Counted from the first letter of the stretch, positions 36,233 to 46,808 are shown. The stretch is 64,000 nucleotides of DNA from Acidobacteriota bacterium (GCA_965248695.1 CBDFKD010000002.1:2048001-2112000), one strand, 5' to 3'. Notes: generated from the sequence alone by a model not told the origin. Translations and numbers: made by a program.

Positions 36233-37620
36233 CCGATCTCCCAGCCCGGAGACACCCGGGCAATCAGGCGGTCGAGTGCGCGCGCTACCGCGGGCACGCG
36301 GCGGTCGGAGAGGTCGGCAAGGTGCACGAGTCGAAGCATAATCTGCACGCCAGCCCAGCGCAGTGGCTCCGGCTCCCACGAGGGACAGGGCGGGCGCGCC
36401 CACGGATAGCGCGTGCGATCGGTATCTCGATCCAGCATCAGATCAGCGAGCGTGCGACCGGCCAGGTTGGCGGCCGCCACTCCGGAGCCCACATACCCGC
36501 CGGCCCAGGCGAAGCCGGTATCGCGGTCGAGTCCTATCGCCGGAGTCATGTCGCGCGGCACCCCGAAGACACCACCCCAGCGGTGCGTGATCTTCGCATC
36601 GACGGTGGGAAACAAACGCTTCAGCTCGGCATTCAGCCACCTGAAGACAGGCTTGTCGTGCTCGTGCCGCCGCTCGATGGCCGATCCGTAGCGGTACCGT
36701 GAGCCGCGCCCACCGATCGTGATCCGACCGTCAGCGGTGCGCTGCAGATAGATAAGATCGCGATACCCGTCGGCGACGGTCACCCGATCGTGCATGCCGA
36801 TTTCGTCCCAGGCCGACGCGGGCAGGGGTTCCGTGGCGAGCATGTAGTTGTACAGCGGCAGTACCGAACGCCGCATGCCACGCAGCGTAACGTCATAGGC
36901 TTCGGTCGCGTTGACCACGAACGGAGCTGAAACCCTGCCATGTTCAGTGCAGACACAACCTCGTTCGATGGCCCGGGCCGCGGTCTGCTCGTACAGCTTC
37001 GCCCCCATACCCTCGATCGCCGACGCCAGCTGGCGCGCAACCCGAGCTGGCTGCACGGCTGCGGCGTGCGGCGTGAAGAAGGCCGCCGGGCGGCCCCCGA
37101 GGTTCGCCCGCTCTTGCACGTCCTCAGGCGCAAGCCATTGATAGTCGTGATCGTCGAAGCCCAGAGCGCGGAGCTCGTCCATGTCGCGCTTGAGGCTCTC
37201 TTGGTGCGCCGGAACACCGGCAATCTGCAGGCAACCTCCCTTGCTGTATCCGAAATCGAGCCCCTGCGCTCGAGCCACGCGGCCGAGCTCATCGACAGCA
37301 TCGAACATCGCTCGCCAGAGCGCGATCGCGCCTTCGCGGTCGCGCTCCACCAGCGACCCAAACCCGTGGATGGCGGCGTCGCAGAAGCCGCCGTTGCGCC
37401 CCGAAGCGCCGTAGCCGGCAACATGGGCGTCGAGCAGCACAACGCGACATGTCGGTTCGTTCGCCAGCAGGTAGTAGGCCGTCCACAGGCCGGTGAAGCC
37501 GGCGCCGACGATCGCCACGTCCGCCGTGATGTCGCCGTCGAGCGGCGGCCTCGGAACGAGCGGCGACGACACGTCATCGAGCCAGAAGCTCGGCGCAGCT
37601 GCTGTGCCACCGTCGCTCAT
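36229..37620 (-). CDS. Second PuuB/OrdL-like FAD-dependent amine oxidoreductase
   Basis: ADVAIVGAGFTGLWTAY, GYGASGRNGG, YLQRTADGR, GGYVGSGV, WEPEPLRW; AAGGAG upstream of ATG 37620. Confidence 0.88.
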   Translation of the reverse strand: MSDGGTAAAPSFWLDDVSSPLVPRPPLDGDITADVAIVGAGFTGLWTAYYLLANEPTCRVVLLDAHVAGYGASGRNGGFCDAAIHGFGSLVERDREGAIALWRAMFDAVDELGRVARAQGLDFGYSKGGCLQIAGVPAHQESLKRDMDELRALGFDDHDYQWLAPEDVQERANLGGRPAAFFTPHAAAVQPARVARQLASAIEGMGAKLYEQTAARAIERGCVCTEHGRVSAPFVVNATEAYDVTLRGMRRSVLPLYNYMLATEPLPASAWDEIGMHDRVTVADGYRDLIYLQRTADGRITIGGRGSRYRYGSAIERRHEHDKPVFRWLNAELKRLFPTVDAKITHRWGGVFGVPRDMTPAIGLDRDTGFAWAGGYVGSGVAAANLAGRTLADLMLDRDTDRTRYPWARPPCPSWEPEPLRWAGVQIMLRLVHLADLSDRRVPAVARALDRLIARVSPGWEIG

Positions 37621-37694
37621 CCTGCCTGTTCTCCTTGTCGACTCGCGAAGCTGCACTAAGGTAACGGAAGCAACGACTACGGGAGGCAGTTCCA

Positions 37695-39800
37695 GTGAAG
37701 AAGGTCCGATTCGCGCTCCTCGCGTGCCTCGTGGCAGCCACCGCCTCGATCGGCGCCGCGCCGGGAATCCCGCCCGCAGCTCCCGCCAGGACGGCGGCGT
37801 TGAGCCTGATGCCCCTACCGAGCTCCATGCAGGCGGGCAACGGGTGGCTGGAACTGCGAACCGACTTCAGAGCCGCGCTGGTCGGCTACAGCGAACCGCG
37901 ACTCGAGCGCGCCGTGCACCGACTCTACCGACGGCTACGCGCCCAGACCGGCTTGCGATTTCCCCGCCGGTTGACGGATCCCGCATGGGAGGCTGCCCGT
38001 CTGCCGACCGCCAACGGCACGGCGGTGCTCGAGATCGAAGTGTCGGGTCCGGGAGAGTCGGTACAGTCGATCGACACCGACGAGTCGTACGTCCTCGTGG
38101 TCACGGGCGAGCGCGCCTGTCTGACGGCGCCCACCCCGATCGGAGCCCTGCGTGGGCTCGAGACGTTCCTGCAACTCGTGGCCCCCAACGATGCCGGCTT
38201 CGGCATTCAGGCCCTGCTCATCGAGGACGCGCCACGATACCCGTGGCGCGGCCTGCTCATCGACACCGGCCGCATGTTCCTGCCACTCGAGACGTTGTTA
38301 CGCACGCTCGACGGAATGGCGGCGGTGAAGCTCAACGTCCTGCACTGGCACCTGATCGAGGATCAGGGGTTCCGCGTCGAGAGCAAGGCATTTCCGCGGC
38401 TGCACGAGCTCGGATCCGACGGCAGCTACTACAGCCAGGCCGAGGTGCGCCAGGTAGTCGCTCATGCGCGCGACCTCGGGATCCGCGTGGTCCCCGAGAT
38501 CGACATACCCGGCCACACCAGCAGCTGGTTCGTCGGTCACCCCGAGCTCGCCAGCGCGCCCGGCCCCTATGAGCTCGACCACACTTGGGGGGTCAAGGAT
38601 CCGGTCCTCGACCCGACCCGCGACGAGGTCTACGAGTTTCTCGACGTGCTGCTCGGTGAGATGGCGGCGCTGTTTCCAGATGCCACATTCCACATCGGCG
38701 GCGACGAGGTGAACGGTGTGCAGTGGGACACCAGCCCGGCTATCCAGGCCTTCATGGCCGAGCATGGGATGGTCGACAGCGGCGATCTGCAGGCGTACTT
38801 CAACCAGCGCACCTCCACCATCCTCACGGAGCACGGCAAGGAAATGATGGGATGGGACGAGGTGCTGCACCCCGACCTGCCGCTGAACACGATCGTGCAA
38901 TCGTGGCGTGGTCCGACGGCGCTGGCGGCGGCGGCCCGCCGCGGTTATCGCGGCGTGCTGTCGCACGGCTACTACCTCGATCTCTATCACTCGGCCGAGA
39001 GCCACTACGGGATCGACCCCGGCGGCGGTGACGCCGCTGATCTACCGGCCGATGTGGCGGCGAGAATCCTCGGTGGCGAGGCCTGCATGTGGGGCGAGAT
39101 GGCCACGGCGGAGAACGTCGACTCGCGTATCTGGCCACGCGCCGCCGCCATCGCCGAGCGATTGTGGTCGCCCCCCGACACCACCGACGTCGACGACATG
39201 TACCGCCGCCTCGATGCGCTCAGCCAGCACCTCGAGTGGCTGGGCCTACAGCACACCATCGACTATCGGCTGATGCTGCAGCGGCTGGCCGGGTACCGAT
39301 CGATCGAGGCGCTGCGCCACGTCGCGGACGTTCTCGAGCCGGTAAAGAACTACGACCGTCACTGGGACGACCACGAGTGGACATACGGCACCCACACTTC
39401 GATGAACCGCATGGTCGACACGGTGCGGCCCGAGAGCGCCGCCGCGCGCCGCCTGACCAATCGGGTCGGCGCTTACCTGAGCACCCCGACGCCAGCACTC
39501 GCGGTGGCGCTGCGCGCCCGCCTCGACGACTTGCGCCGGCACGCCTTGACTGCCATCGACGAGCTCGACGATGCACCGCTCGTGCATGAAGTCCAGCCGC
39601 TGTTCGCTGATGTGGCCACCCTGGCCGTCATCGCGGCCGCGACCCTCGACTACCTGGAGAGCGGAGCGGAGCCTCCACCCGGCTGGACGGCCCGGCGACT
39701 CGAGTTGATCGGCGCCGCGGCCCAGCCCCGGGCAGAGCTGACGATCGCGATCGCGCCGACGGTGCGTATCCTCGTCGAGGCGCTCTCGAGAACACCCTGA
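37695..39800 (+). CDS. GH20 beta-N-acetylhexosaminidase, secreted
   Basis: Signal peptide; DESY, PRYPWRGLLIDTGR, KLNVLHWHL, PEIDIPGH, catalytic FHIGGDE, GGEACMWGE, WPRAAAIAERLWS. Confidence 0.93.
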   Translation: MKKVRFALLACLVAATASIGAAPGIPPAAPARTAALSLMPLPSSMQAGNGWLELRTDFRAALVGYSEPRLERAVHRLYRRLRAQTGLRFPRRLTDPAWEAARLPTANGTAVLEIEVSGPGESVQSIDTDESYVLVVTGERACLTAPTPIGALRGLETFLQLVAPNDAGFGIQALLIEDAPRYPWRGLLIDTGRMFLPLETLLRTLDGMAAVKLNVLHWHLIEDQGFRVESKAFPRLHELGSDGSYYSQAEVRQVVAHARDLGIRVVPEIDIPGHTSSWFVGHPELASAPGPYELDHTWGVKDPVLDPTRDEVYEFLDVLLGEMAALFPDATFHIGGDEVNGVQWDTSPAIQAFMAEHGMVDSGDLQAYFNQRTSTILTEHGKEMMGWDEVLHPDLPLNTIVQSWRGPTALAAAARRGYRGVLSHGYYLDLYHSAESHYGIDPGGGDAADLPADVAARILGGEACMWGEMATAENVDSRIWPRAAAIAERLWSPPDTTDVDDMYRRLDALSQHLEWLGLQHTIDYRLMLQRLAGYRSIEALRHVADVLEPVKNYDRHWDDHEWTYGTHTSMNRMVDTVRPESAAARRLTNRVGAYLSTPTPALAVALRARLDDLRRHALTAIDELDDAPLVHEVQPLFADVATLAVIAAATLDYLESGAEPPPGWTARRLELIGAAAQPRAELTIAIAPTVRILVEALSRTP

Positions 39801-39884
39801 GGGCCTCGAAACCGCGCCCGGCCGCGCCCTCGACTGTTGAGCGATCCTGGTCGAGCACGCGAGATCTCTGGCCCTCTGGGGCAG

Positions 39885-40655
39885 CTAATCGCCGGCGACG
39901 CGCTGTTCTGCCAGAAGCTGCGTCAGGACCTCGACCGTGAGGCCGCCACGCACCAGCTGATCGCCGATGATGAACGTCGGCGTGCTGTTGATGCCGAGCT
40001 CCTCGGCGAGATCCTTGACGGCGGCGAGATACTCGACCACCTGCGGATCCCGCATGTCCGCTCGCAGGGCAGCCAGGTCGAGGCCGAGCTCCGCGGCGAC
40101 CGTTTCGACGAGCCCTGCCGTCAGCGGCGCCGTGCTGGTCATCAGCGCGTGGTGAAACGCCGCGAATCGTCCCTGCTGATGGGCCGCCGTCGCTGCCCGG
40201 GCGGCCATCACCGAGTGGCTTCCGTATACGGGTAGCTGCTTGTGAACGAAGCGCAAGTCAGGGTCGGCGGCGGCCACCTCGGCGATCTCCGGATAGCTCG
40301 CCTTGCAGGGGGCGCACTGATAATCGGAGAACTCGATGATCGTGATCGAGGCATCGGCGGGTCCGACTGCCGGTGTGAGCTGCGGATCGATGACCACGCC
40401 CGCCCTGGCGTCGAGCGTGACGCGCCGCGCCTCGGCCTCGCGCTGTTCCTGCCGCGTCCGGGCGGCCTCGCGGACTCGTTCCAGCAGCTCGGGGTTGTCG
40501 AGTAGGAAGTCCGGGTTGTCGGTCAGGTACTGACGCACGAGCGCTTCAGTCTCAGCGTCCTGCTCCGTGCTGTCCGGCGGCGCCGCGCAGCCCGCAGCGA
40601 TCACCGCGAAGGCGATCCAGACGGCGCAGCTCGCGAATCGCGCCGGCTGTCTCAA
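39885..40655 (-). CDS. DsbA/thioredoxin-fold lipoprotein (Com1/ScsC-like)
   Basis: IAAGC lipobox; EFSDYQCAPCK (CxxC); cis-Pro loop GINSTPTF. Confidence 0.85.
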   Translation of the reverse strand: MRQPARFASCAVWIAFAVIAAGCAAPPDSTEQDAETEALVRQYLTDNPDFLLDNPELLERVREAARTRQEQREAEARRVTLDARAGVVIDPQLTPAVGPADASITIIEFSDYQCAPCKASYPEIAEVAAADPDLRFVHKQLPVYGSHSVMAARAATAAHQQGRFAAFHHALMTSTAPLTAGLVETVAAELGLDLAALRADMRDPQVVEYLAAVKDLAEELGINSTPTFIIGDQLVRGGLTVEVLTQLLAEQRVAGD

Positions 40656-40667
40656 CGTTCGCGCCGG

Positions 40668-42308
40668 CTAGCGATCGGCGGCGACCACAAAGCTGTGCGC
40701 GCTGTCGAGCTCGGTCGAGATCGTCAACTTCCCGTCGACGCCCCACTCGGCGCCATCGACGCTCGTGGACCCCTGAGTGACGCTACCCAAGCGTTGGCCG
40801 TCCCTGGAGATCGAGTACGACATCGAAGGATCGAGCTGGTTGACGGTGAACGTCGTGCTCTCCGTTGCCACCGGGCCTGGCGTCAACGTGACGATCATGG
40901 CCGACTGGTCGCGATCCCAGATCGCCTGGGTGACGTTGGCCTCGATGTACTCGACGTCGCTGATGAACGGCTCGGAGAAGTGCCGCTCGTCGCGCGGCTG
41001 GTTGTACAGCGTCCACAGCCCGTCGCCGGGGTTGAGACGCGTCATCGCCACCAGCACGTTGCCGGTCACCGGGCTGATGTTGTGTATGAACCCGTCCTCG
41101 TCGCGGTTGAAGTTCTCTCTGTAGTCGGGCGTGTGCGGATAGTAGAGGCCGCCGTCGCGCCAGGTGGGCCCGAAGTGCTCGTCGGCGTACTCGAGCATGG
41201 TGGCGACGGTCTTCGTATCGCCGACCTCGGCCGCCAGGACCGCGAACCAGCCGAAGTCGAAGGAAGACGTCCAACCCATGTCGGAGCCCGGCTCGCCCTG
41301 GAACATGCCGGGGATGTAGAGCTTGCGCTGCTCGCGATACAGGTCCTTGACGTACCGCGGGGCCCAGACGTGGTGTGCCTGGCCGTTCCAGCCGTCGCTC
41401 CAGGCCATGCCGATCGATGACCACTTGGTCGACGCCGGAATCACCTCGTCGGACCGCGTGTGGAGGTAGAACATCGTCGTGTGGTTCTCGGGCGAGATGA
41501 ACTCCCGCTCGTGGATCGTCCTGGCGAACTCCTGCTCGACCTCGGCCGAGTAGTCCGTCCCGTGGGTCTGGTCGTACTGAATCAGGCCGAGGATCGGATG
41601 CTGGTTGCACTCGGTGTAGATGGCGCCGAGCTCGCATTCGATGCCGAGGAAGTCGCTGTCGACGAACTGGTCGTAGATCACCGTCGCCAGCCGCTCGTGG
41701 TCGTAGTCCATGCGCAAGGGCTCGCCGCCGTACTCGATTGCCGGGAACAAGAACGGCAGGGATCCGGGCTCGTCGTAGCGATGATCGTCGAACAGCGACT
41801 CGTGCAGGCTGACCATCTGCAACAGGTGACCGCTGTACATGATGTTCGACTTGATGTTGGGGTCGATCCATCCTTGCCAGCCATCCTCGCGATACACGGC
41901 GCTGTTGCCGTCCTGGTCCGCACCGCGTTTCTCGTACTGGCTCATGGCCGCCCAGTACTGCCAGACGTCCTTGTAGATCATCTTCTCGATCAGCCGGCTC
42001 GACGCCTCTCGGTACAGGTCCCGATGCGCCGGCACCTTGTGGTACTGCGCCAGGCTCAGCGCGTAGGCTGAGAAGGCGATCTGGAACTGGTAGGCGTCGA
42101 AGTTGTCGCCGCCCGGCGTGTTGCCCATCAGCGACCAGTCGCCGTCGAGCTGATTGGCGAGGTTGATCATGTGACGGACGTGGCCCATCTCGGCGGCGGA
42201 AAGCGACGGGTAGTCAGCGGCGAGGATGGCGCTGCCGGGCGGCGCGGCCGGTTGCGCACCGATCAGCGTCACACAGAGGATGAATACCGGAAGGGCGCGT
42301 TGCCGCAT
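40668..42308 (-). CDS. Linalool dehydratase/isomerase-like protein, secreted
   Basis: Signal peptide after ATG 42308 (GGAG RBS); DP...NIMYSGHL and IECELGAIYTECNQH, matching my recollection of the LinD motifs NIMYKGHL and CEPxxxFxxCN. Confidence 0.7.
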   Translation of the reverse strand: MRQRALPVFILCVTLIGAQPAAPPGSAILAADYPSLSAAEMGHVRHMINLANQLDGDWSLMGNTPGGDNFDAYQFQIAFSAYALSLAQYHKVPAHRDLYREASSRLIEKMIYKDVWQYWAAMSQYEKRGADQDGNSAVYREDGWQGWIDPNIKSNIMYSGHLLQMVSLHESLFDDHRYDEPGSLPFLFPAIEYGGEPLRMDYDHERLATVIYDQFVDSDFLGIECELGAIYTECNQHPILGLIQYDQTHGTDYSAEVEQEFARTIHEREFISPENHTTMFYLHTRSDEVIPASTKWSSIGMAWSDGWNGQAHHVWAPRYVKDLYREQRKLYIPGMFQGEPGSDMGWTSSFDFGWFAVLAAEVGDTKTVATMLEYADEHFGPTWRDGGLYYPHTPDYRENFNRDEDGFIHNISPVTGNVLVAMTRLNPGDGLWTLYNQPRDERHFSEPFISDVEYIEANVTQAIWDRDQSAMIVTLTPGPVATESTTFTVNQLDPSMSYSISRDGQRLGSVTQGSTSVDGAEWGVDGKLTISTELDSAHSFVVAADR

Positions 42309-42459
42309 GGGTGGCTCCAGATGGTAGCGGTCCGAGGCAAACCGAAGGCCGAGATCTGATTGGGTGTAGTTGGAGCGTAGTTTCAGGCTTCGGAGTCCGT
42401 CAAGGGTGACGGCATCCCATTTGACTTGTGCTCCGCGCCCGGTGTAACAGGGCCTCGAG

Positions 42460-43980
42460 ATGCTGACCTCACTCGGAGAGATCCTGCCCGCCGCCGCCGA
42501 CAAGTACGGCGACAAGACCGCGTTGGTCTGCGACGGCGAGACGTTCTCGTTCCGCCACCTCGATGACCTCTCGAATCGCCTCGCAGCGGGCCTGGAGGCG
42601 CTCGGCATCGCGTCAGGAGACCGCGTGACGCTCTACTCCGCCAACCGCTGGGAGTGGATCGTCAGCTACTACGCGGCACTCAAGATCGGTGCGGTGATCA
42701 ATCCGATCAACGTCATGCTGACCCCCGAGGAGGTCGCGTTCGTGGCTGCGGACTGCGGCGCGAAGGCGATACTGGCCTCGCGCGAGAAAGGCGAGCCGAT
42801 CCTCGGCCTCAAGGACTCTTCCGACGTCGAGGAGATCATCATCTTCGGCGACCAGGTGCCGGCCGGAGCACGGTCGTTCAACGAGCTGCTCGAAGGAAAC
42901 GAACCGGGCTTCGAGGCAAAGGAAGTAGCCGCCGATGAGCTGTCGACCATCTGCTACACCTCGGGCACCACCGGACACCCGAAGGGCGCGATGCAAAGCC
43001 ACCGCAGCGTGATCCTCAACGCTGCCCTGACTTCCAACATGCACGTGCGCACCGAGGACGACGTCATTGTCACCGCGCTGCCGTGCCCGCACGTCTACGG
43101 CAACGTCATCTTCAACGCCGCCTTCATGTATGGGATGCAGTTGGTTCTGCATCCGCTGTTCGTACAGGACGAGATCCTGCAGTCGATCCAGGAGCACGGC
43201 GCCACAATGTTCGAGGGCGTGCCGACGATGTACCTCTACCTGTTGGACCACCAAGGGTTGGGCGACTACGACCTGTCGTCGCTGACGCGCTGCACGGTCG
43301 GCGGCCAGACGATGGCGGTCAACAAGATGCAGGAGGTCGAGCAGCGCTTCGGTTGCCCGCTCATCGAGCTCTGGGGAATGACCGAGCTCGCCGGGCTCGG
43401 CACCACCAACCTACGGTATGGGCTCAACAAGCACGGCTCGATCGGCGTCTCCCTGCCCGGCTGTGAGATGCGCATCGCGTCCGTCGATGACGCTGCCCAC
43501 ACCCTGCCGCACGGTGAGGTCGGTGAGCTCATGGCCCGCGGCCCGATCGTCATGCAGGGCTATTACGGTAACGAGCAGGGAACCGTCGAGACCATCGAGC
43601 CGGATGGCTGGCTGCACACTGGCGACCTGGCGAGCATGGACGACGACGGCTACATCACCATCGTCGACCGCAAAAAGGACATGATCCTCACCGCTGGCTA
43701 CAACGTCTACCCGGCGGAGATCGAGCGCGTCGTCGCCGGCCATCCCGACGTCGCCATGGTGGCCGTCGGACGACAACCCGACGAGATGAAGGGCGAGATC
43801 GCCAAGGCGTACATCGTGCTCAAGCACGGCGCCACCGGCGACGAAGAGTCGATCGTGCTCCACTGTCGCGAACACCTCGCAGCCTACAAGGTCCCGCGTG
43901 CGGTCCAATTCGTCGACGATCTGCCGAAGACCAGCACCGGTAAGATCATGCGCCGCGAGCTGCGAACCCTCGACGTTTAA
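42460..43980 (+). CDS. AMP-forming acyl-CoA synthetase (long-chain fatty acid/aryl-CoA ligase family)
   Basis: YTSGTTGHPKG, WGMTE, GWLHTGD, DRKKDMI, YKVPR, LPKTSTGKI. Confidence 0.92.
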   Translation: MLTSLGEILPAAADKYGDKTALVCDGETFSFRHLDDLSNRLAAGLEALGIASGDRVTLYSANRWEWIVSYYAALKIGAVINPINVMLTPEEVAFVAADCGAKAILASREKGEPILGLKDSSDVEEIIIFGDQVPAGARSFNELLEGNEPGFEAKEVAADELSTICYTSGTTGHPKGAMQSHRSVILNAALTSNMHVRTEDDVIVTALPCPHVYGNVIFNAAFMYGMQLVLHPLFVQDEILQSIQEHGATMFEGVPTMYLYLLDHQGLGDYDLSSLTRCTVGGQTMAVNKMQEVEQRFGCPLIELWGMTELAGLGTTNLRYGLNKHGSIGVSLPGCEMRIASVDDAAHTLPHGEVGELMARGPIVMQGYYGNEQGTVETIEPDGWLHTGDLASMDDDGYITIVDRKKDMILTAGYNVYPAEIERVVAGHPDVAMVAVGRQPDEMKGEIAKAYIVLKHGATGDEESIVLHCREHLAAYKVPRAVQFVDDLPKTSTGKIMRRELRTLDV

Positions 43981-43982
43981 GC

Positions 43983-45080
43983 TCAGCCCATGCGCAAGAT
44001 GGGCTTCACGGTGTCGCCTCCCTCGGTCGCCGCCACCGCCTCGTTGATCTGATCGAGGTTGTAGAACTCCATCAGGCGATCGATCGGGAACTTGCCGGCC
44101 ATGTACATGTCGACCATCTGCGGGATGAACAGATCGGGCACTGCGTCGCCCTCGATCACGCCGCGTAGGGTACGACCGAACAGGATGGCGTTCATGTCGA
44201 GCGTTATCTCCGTCCCCAAGGGCGAGGTACCGAGCAGGCCACAAATGCCTTGGAGACCGAGCGCGTCGACGGATTGGCGCACCACTTCGGGCACCCCGGT
44301 CGCCTCGACCGTGTAGTTGGCACCGCCGCCAGTGAGCTCGTGGATCGCCTCGACGGGGTTGGCATCCGAGGCATTGATCGTGTGCGTCGCGCCGAGCTCC
44401 GCGGCCAGCTCCAGCCGCTTGGCGTTCAGATCGACAGCAATGATCGGATCGCAGCCGGCGATCTTGGCGGCCATGACCGACGACAGGCCGACCGTGCCGA
44501 CCCCAAACACCGCGATGCTCTCGCCGGCCTTCGGATGCAGGTTGTTGAGCACCGTCCCGGCCCCGGTCTGGATACCGCAGCCGAGCGGTCCGAGCATCTC
44601 GAGCGGTGCATCTTCGCGCACCTTCACGACGTTGTTCTCGAACGCCAACGCGTAGTCGGCGAAGGAAGACTGGCCGAAGAAGGCACCATGAACAACCTCG
44701 TCCCCGCGATGCATGACCGGCGATCCGTCGGGCCGTGCACCGCCGAAGTTGTGTCCGAACAGCTCCACGCAGTAACCGGGTGCACCCTGCTTGCAATTGC
44801 CGCAGGCACCGCATGAATGGAAGCTGAGGACGACATGGTCACCCTCCTTGACCTTGGTGACGTCGGCGCCGACACGCTCGACGATCCCGGCCCCTTCGTG
44901 GCCGAGAACTGCAGGCAGCGGCACCGGATAGTACTGATCGCGCACCGACAGATCCGTGTGGCAGATCCCGGTGGCAACTACCTTGACCAGCACCTCGTTG
45001 CCGCGCGGCTCGTCCAGATCGACCGGGCCGACGCTGAATTCGGCGCCTGGCTCCTCGAGGACTGCAGCCCTCACCTCCAT
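43983..45080 (-). CDS. Zn-dependent aryl/allylic alcohol dehydrogenase (benzyl alcohol/geraniol dehydrogenase group)
   Basis: GICHTD, GHEGAG, CGACGNC..G.PGYC, FFGQSSFA, PLGCGIQTGAG, GVIEGD. Confidence 0.88.
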   Translation of the reverse strand: MEVRAAVLEEPGAEFSVGPVDLDEPRGNEVLVKVVATGICHTDLSVRDQYYPVPLPAVLGHEGAGIVERVGADVTKVKEGDHVVLSFHSCGACGNCKQGAPGYCVELFGHNFGGARPDGSPVMHRGDEVVHGAFFGQSSFADYALAFENNVVKVREDAPLEMLGPLGCGIQTGAGTVLNNLHPKAGESIAVFGVGTVGLSSVMAAKIAGCDPIIAVDLNAKRLELAAELGATHTINASDANPVEAIHELTGGGANYTVEATGVPEVVRQSVDALGLQGICGLLGTSPLGTEITLDMNAILFGRTLRGVIEGDAVPDLFIPQMVDMYMAGKFPIDRLMEFYNLDQINEAVAATEGGDTVKPILRMG

Positions 45081-45206
45081 CGCGTGCCTCCCTTTTGCTC
45101 GTACGAGTGCGCGGTGGCCGTGCCAAAGTAGTGACCCCGCAGTAGCGGCGCCGGAGTCTAGCACCCGCGCTCGCGGAGACCCAGGGAACGCGAGGTGGCC
45201 GAGCGT

Positions 45207-46808
45207 CTAGCGGCCACCGAACCAGCCGCGGCGGGCGTCGCGACCGACCACCTGCGCACAGTTGCGCCCCGGCACGCCCATGACGCCGCCGCCCGGGTGG
45301 GTGCCTGAGCCACACAGGTACAGGCTCTTGACCGGCGACCGGTAGTCGCCGTATCCGGGGATCGGACGGAAACAGAAGAGCTGATCGGGCGACATGTCGC
45401 CCTGGAAGATGTTGCCCCCGAGCAGACCAAAGCGCTCCTCGATGTCCGGCGGCGCCAGCACTTCCATGTGCTCTACCGAGGCCTCGAATCCCGGACAGTA
45501 CTCCTCCATCTTGCGGAGGATCCGTCGCCCATAGACCTCGCGCTCGGTATCCCAGGAGCCTTCTCGGAGGTCATACGGCCCGAACTGCGTGAAGAACAAT
45601 CCGATGTGCTTGCCCTCGGGAGCCAGTCCCGGTTCGTGGACGGTCGGAAACACCGCCTCCAGGTAAGGGTGCTCGGAAGTGCGGCCGTACTTGGCATCGT
45701 CCCAGGCGCGCTCGAGATACTCGATCGAGGGGGAGATGGCGATCAGCCCGGTGTGCGGGTCGCCCGGAATCGGCCCGTCCCAGGCGGTCGGCCGCGGCAG
45801 CTCGGACAGCGCCACGTTGACCTTCACCGAGCCGGAGCGACTGCGGTATCGGCCGACGTCCGCCACCACCTCGTCGGAGAGGTTCTCCTTGCCGACCAGG
45901 TCGAAGTACGTGGTCACCGGATGGGCGCAGGAGATCACCTGGCGCGCGTGCAGCACCTCGCCGTTCTCCAGCTCGACACCCGTTGCCTTTCCATCCTGAA
46001 TGATGATGCGACGAACGGGCGCCTCGGCGCGAACGGTGGCGCCGGCGGCACGGGCCGAGTCGGCGATGGCGTTGCTCAGCGCTCCCATGCCGCCGTGCAC
46101 CCAGCCCCAGGCGCCCGACTGGCCGTCGATCTCGCCGATCCAGTGATGCATGAGCACATACGCCGATCCGGGGCTCATCGGCCCGCCCCAGCCGCCGATG
46201 ACCGTCTGCGTAGCCATGGCGCCCTTGATGCGCTCGTCCTCGAACCACTCCTCGAGGAAGTCGGCCCCCGACAGCGTGAACAGCCGCGTGACCTCGGCGA
46301 TGTCACGCGCTGTCCAGTGACGGAACCGACGGCCGAGCGACAACCACTTGGGAATCTCCCGCCACTCGAGGCGCGGCGGAATCACGAACAGCATGTCGCG
46401 CACCAGATCGCCGATGTGCTCGAAGTACTCGTCGAACCTCAAGTAGGCGGCCGCATCCGCCTTGGAGAATCGCGCGATCTCGGCGGCGGTCTTGGCGGCG
46501 TCGCCATGCAGCGTCAGCGCGGTGCCGTCGTCGAACGGGAGCCAGTAGTCAGGCTCGAGAATGGAGACCTTGTAGCCGAAACGATCGAGGTCGAGCTCGG
46601 AGATGATACGCGGTGGTACGAGGCTGGTCACATACGCCGCTGACGAGATGCTGTAGCCCGGCCACGGCTCCTCGGTAGACGCTGCCCCACCGAGAAAGTG
46701 CCGGCGCTCGAGCACCACGACATCCATGCCGGCGCGCGCAAGATACGCTGCGCAGGCAAGACCGTTGTGGCCCCCGCCGATGACGATCGCGTCGTGGGTC
46801 GTGCTCAA
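45207..46808 (-). CDS. Third phytoene dehydrogenase-like (COG1233) FAD oxidoreductase
   Basis: HDAIVIGGGHNGLACAAYLA, PGSAYVLMHHWIGE, GNIFQGDMSPDQLF, CGSGTHPGGG; TTG start overlaps the upstream stop. Confidence 0.88.
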   Translation of the reverse strand: MSTTHDAIVIGGGHNGLACAAYLARAGMDVVVLERRHFLGGAASTEEPWPGYSISSAAYVTSLVPPRIISELDLDRFGYKVSILEPDYWLPFDDGTALTLHGDAAKTAAEIARFSKADAAAYLRFDEYFEHIGDLVRDMLFVIPPRLEWREIPKWLSLGRRFRHWTARDIAEVTRLFTLSGADFLEEWFEDERIKGAMATQTVIGGWGGPMSPGSAYVLMHHWIGEIDGQSGAWGWVHGGMGALSNAIADSARAAGATVRAEAPVRRIIIQDGKATGVELENGEVLHARQVISCAHPVTTYFDLVGKENLSDEVVADVGRYRSRSGSVKVNVALSELPRPTAWDGPIPGDPHTGLIAISPSIEYLERAWDDAKYGRTSEHPYLEAVFPTVHEPGLAPEGKHIGLFFTQFGPYDLREGSWDTEREVYGRRILRKMEEYCPGFEASVEHMEVLAPPDIEERFGLLGGNIFQGDMSPDQLFCFRPIPGYGDYRSPVKSLYLCGSGTHPGGGVMGVPGRNCAQVVGRDARRGWFGGR

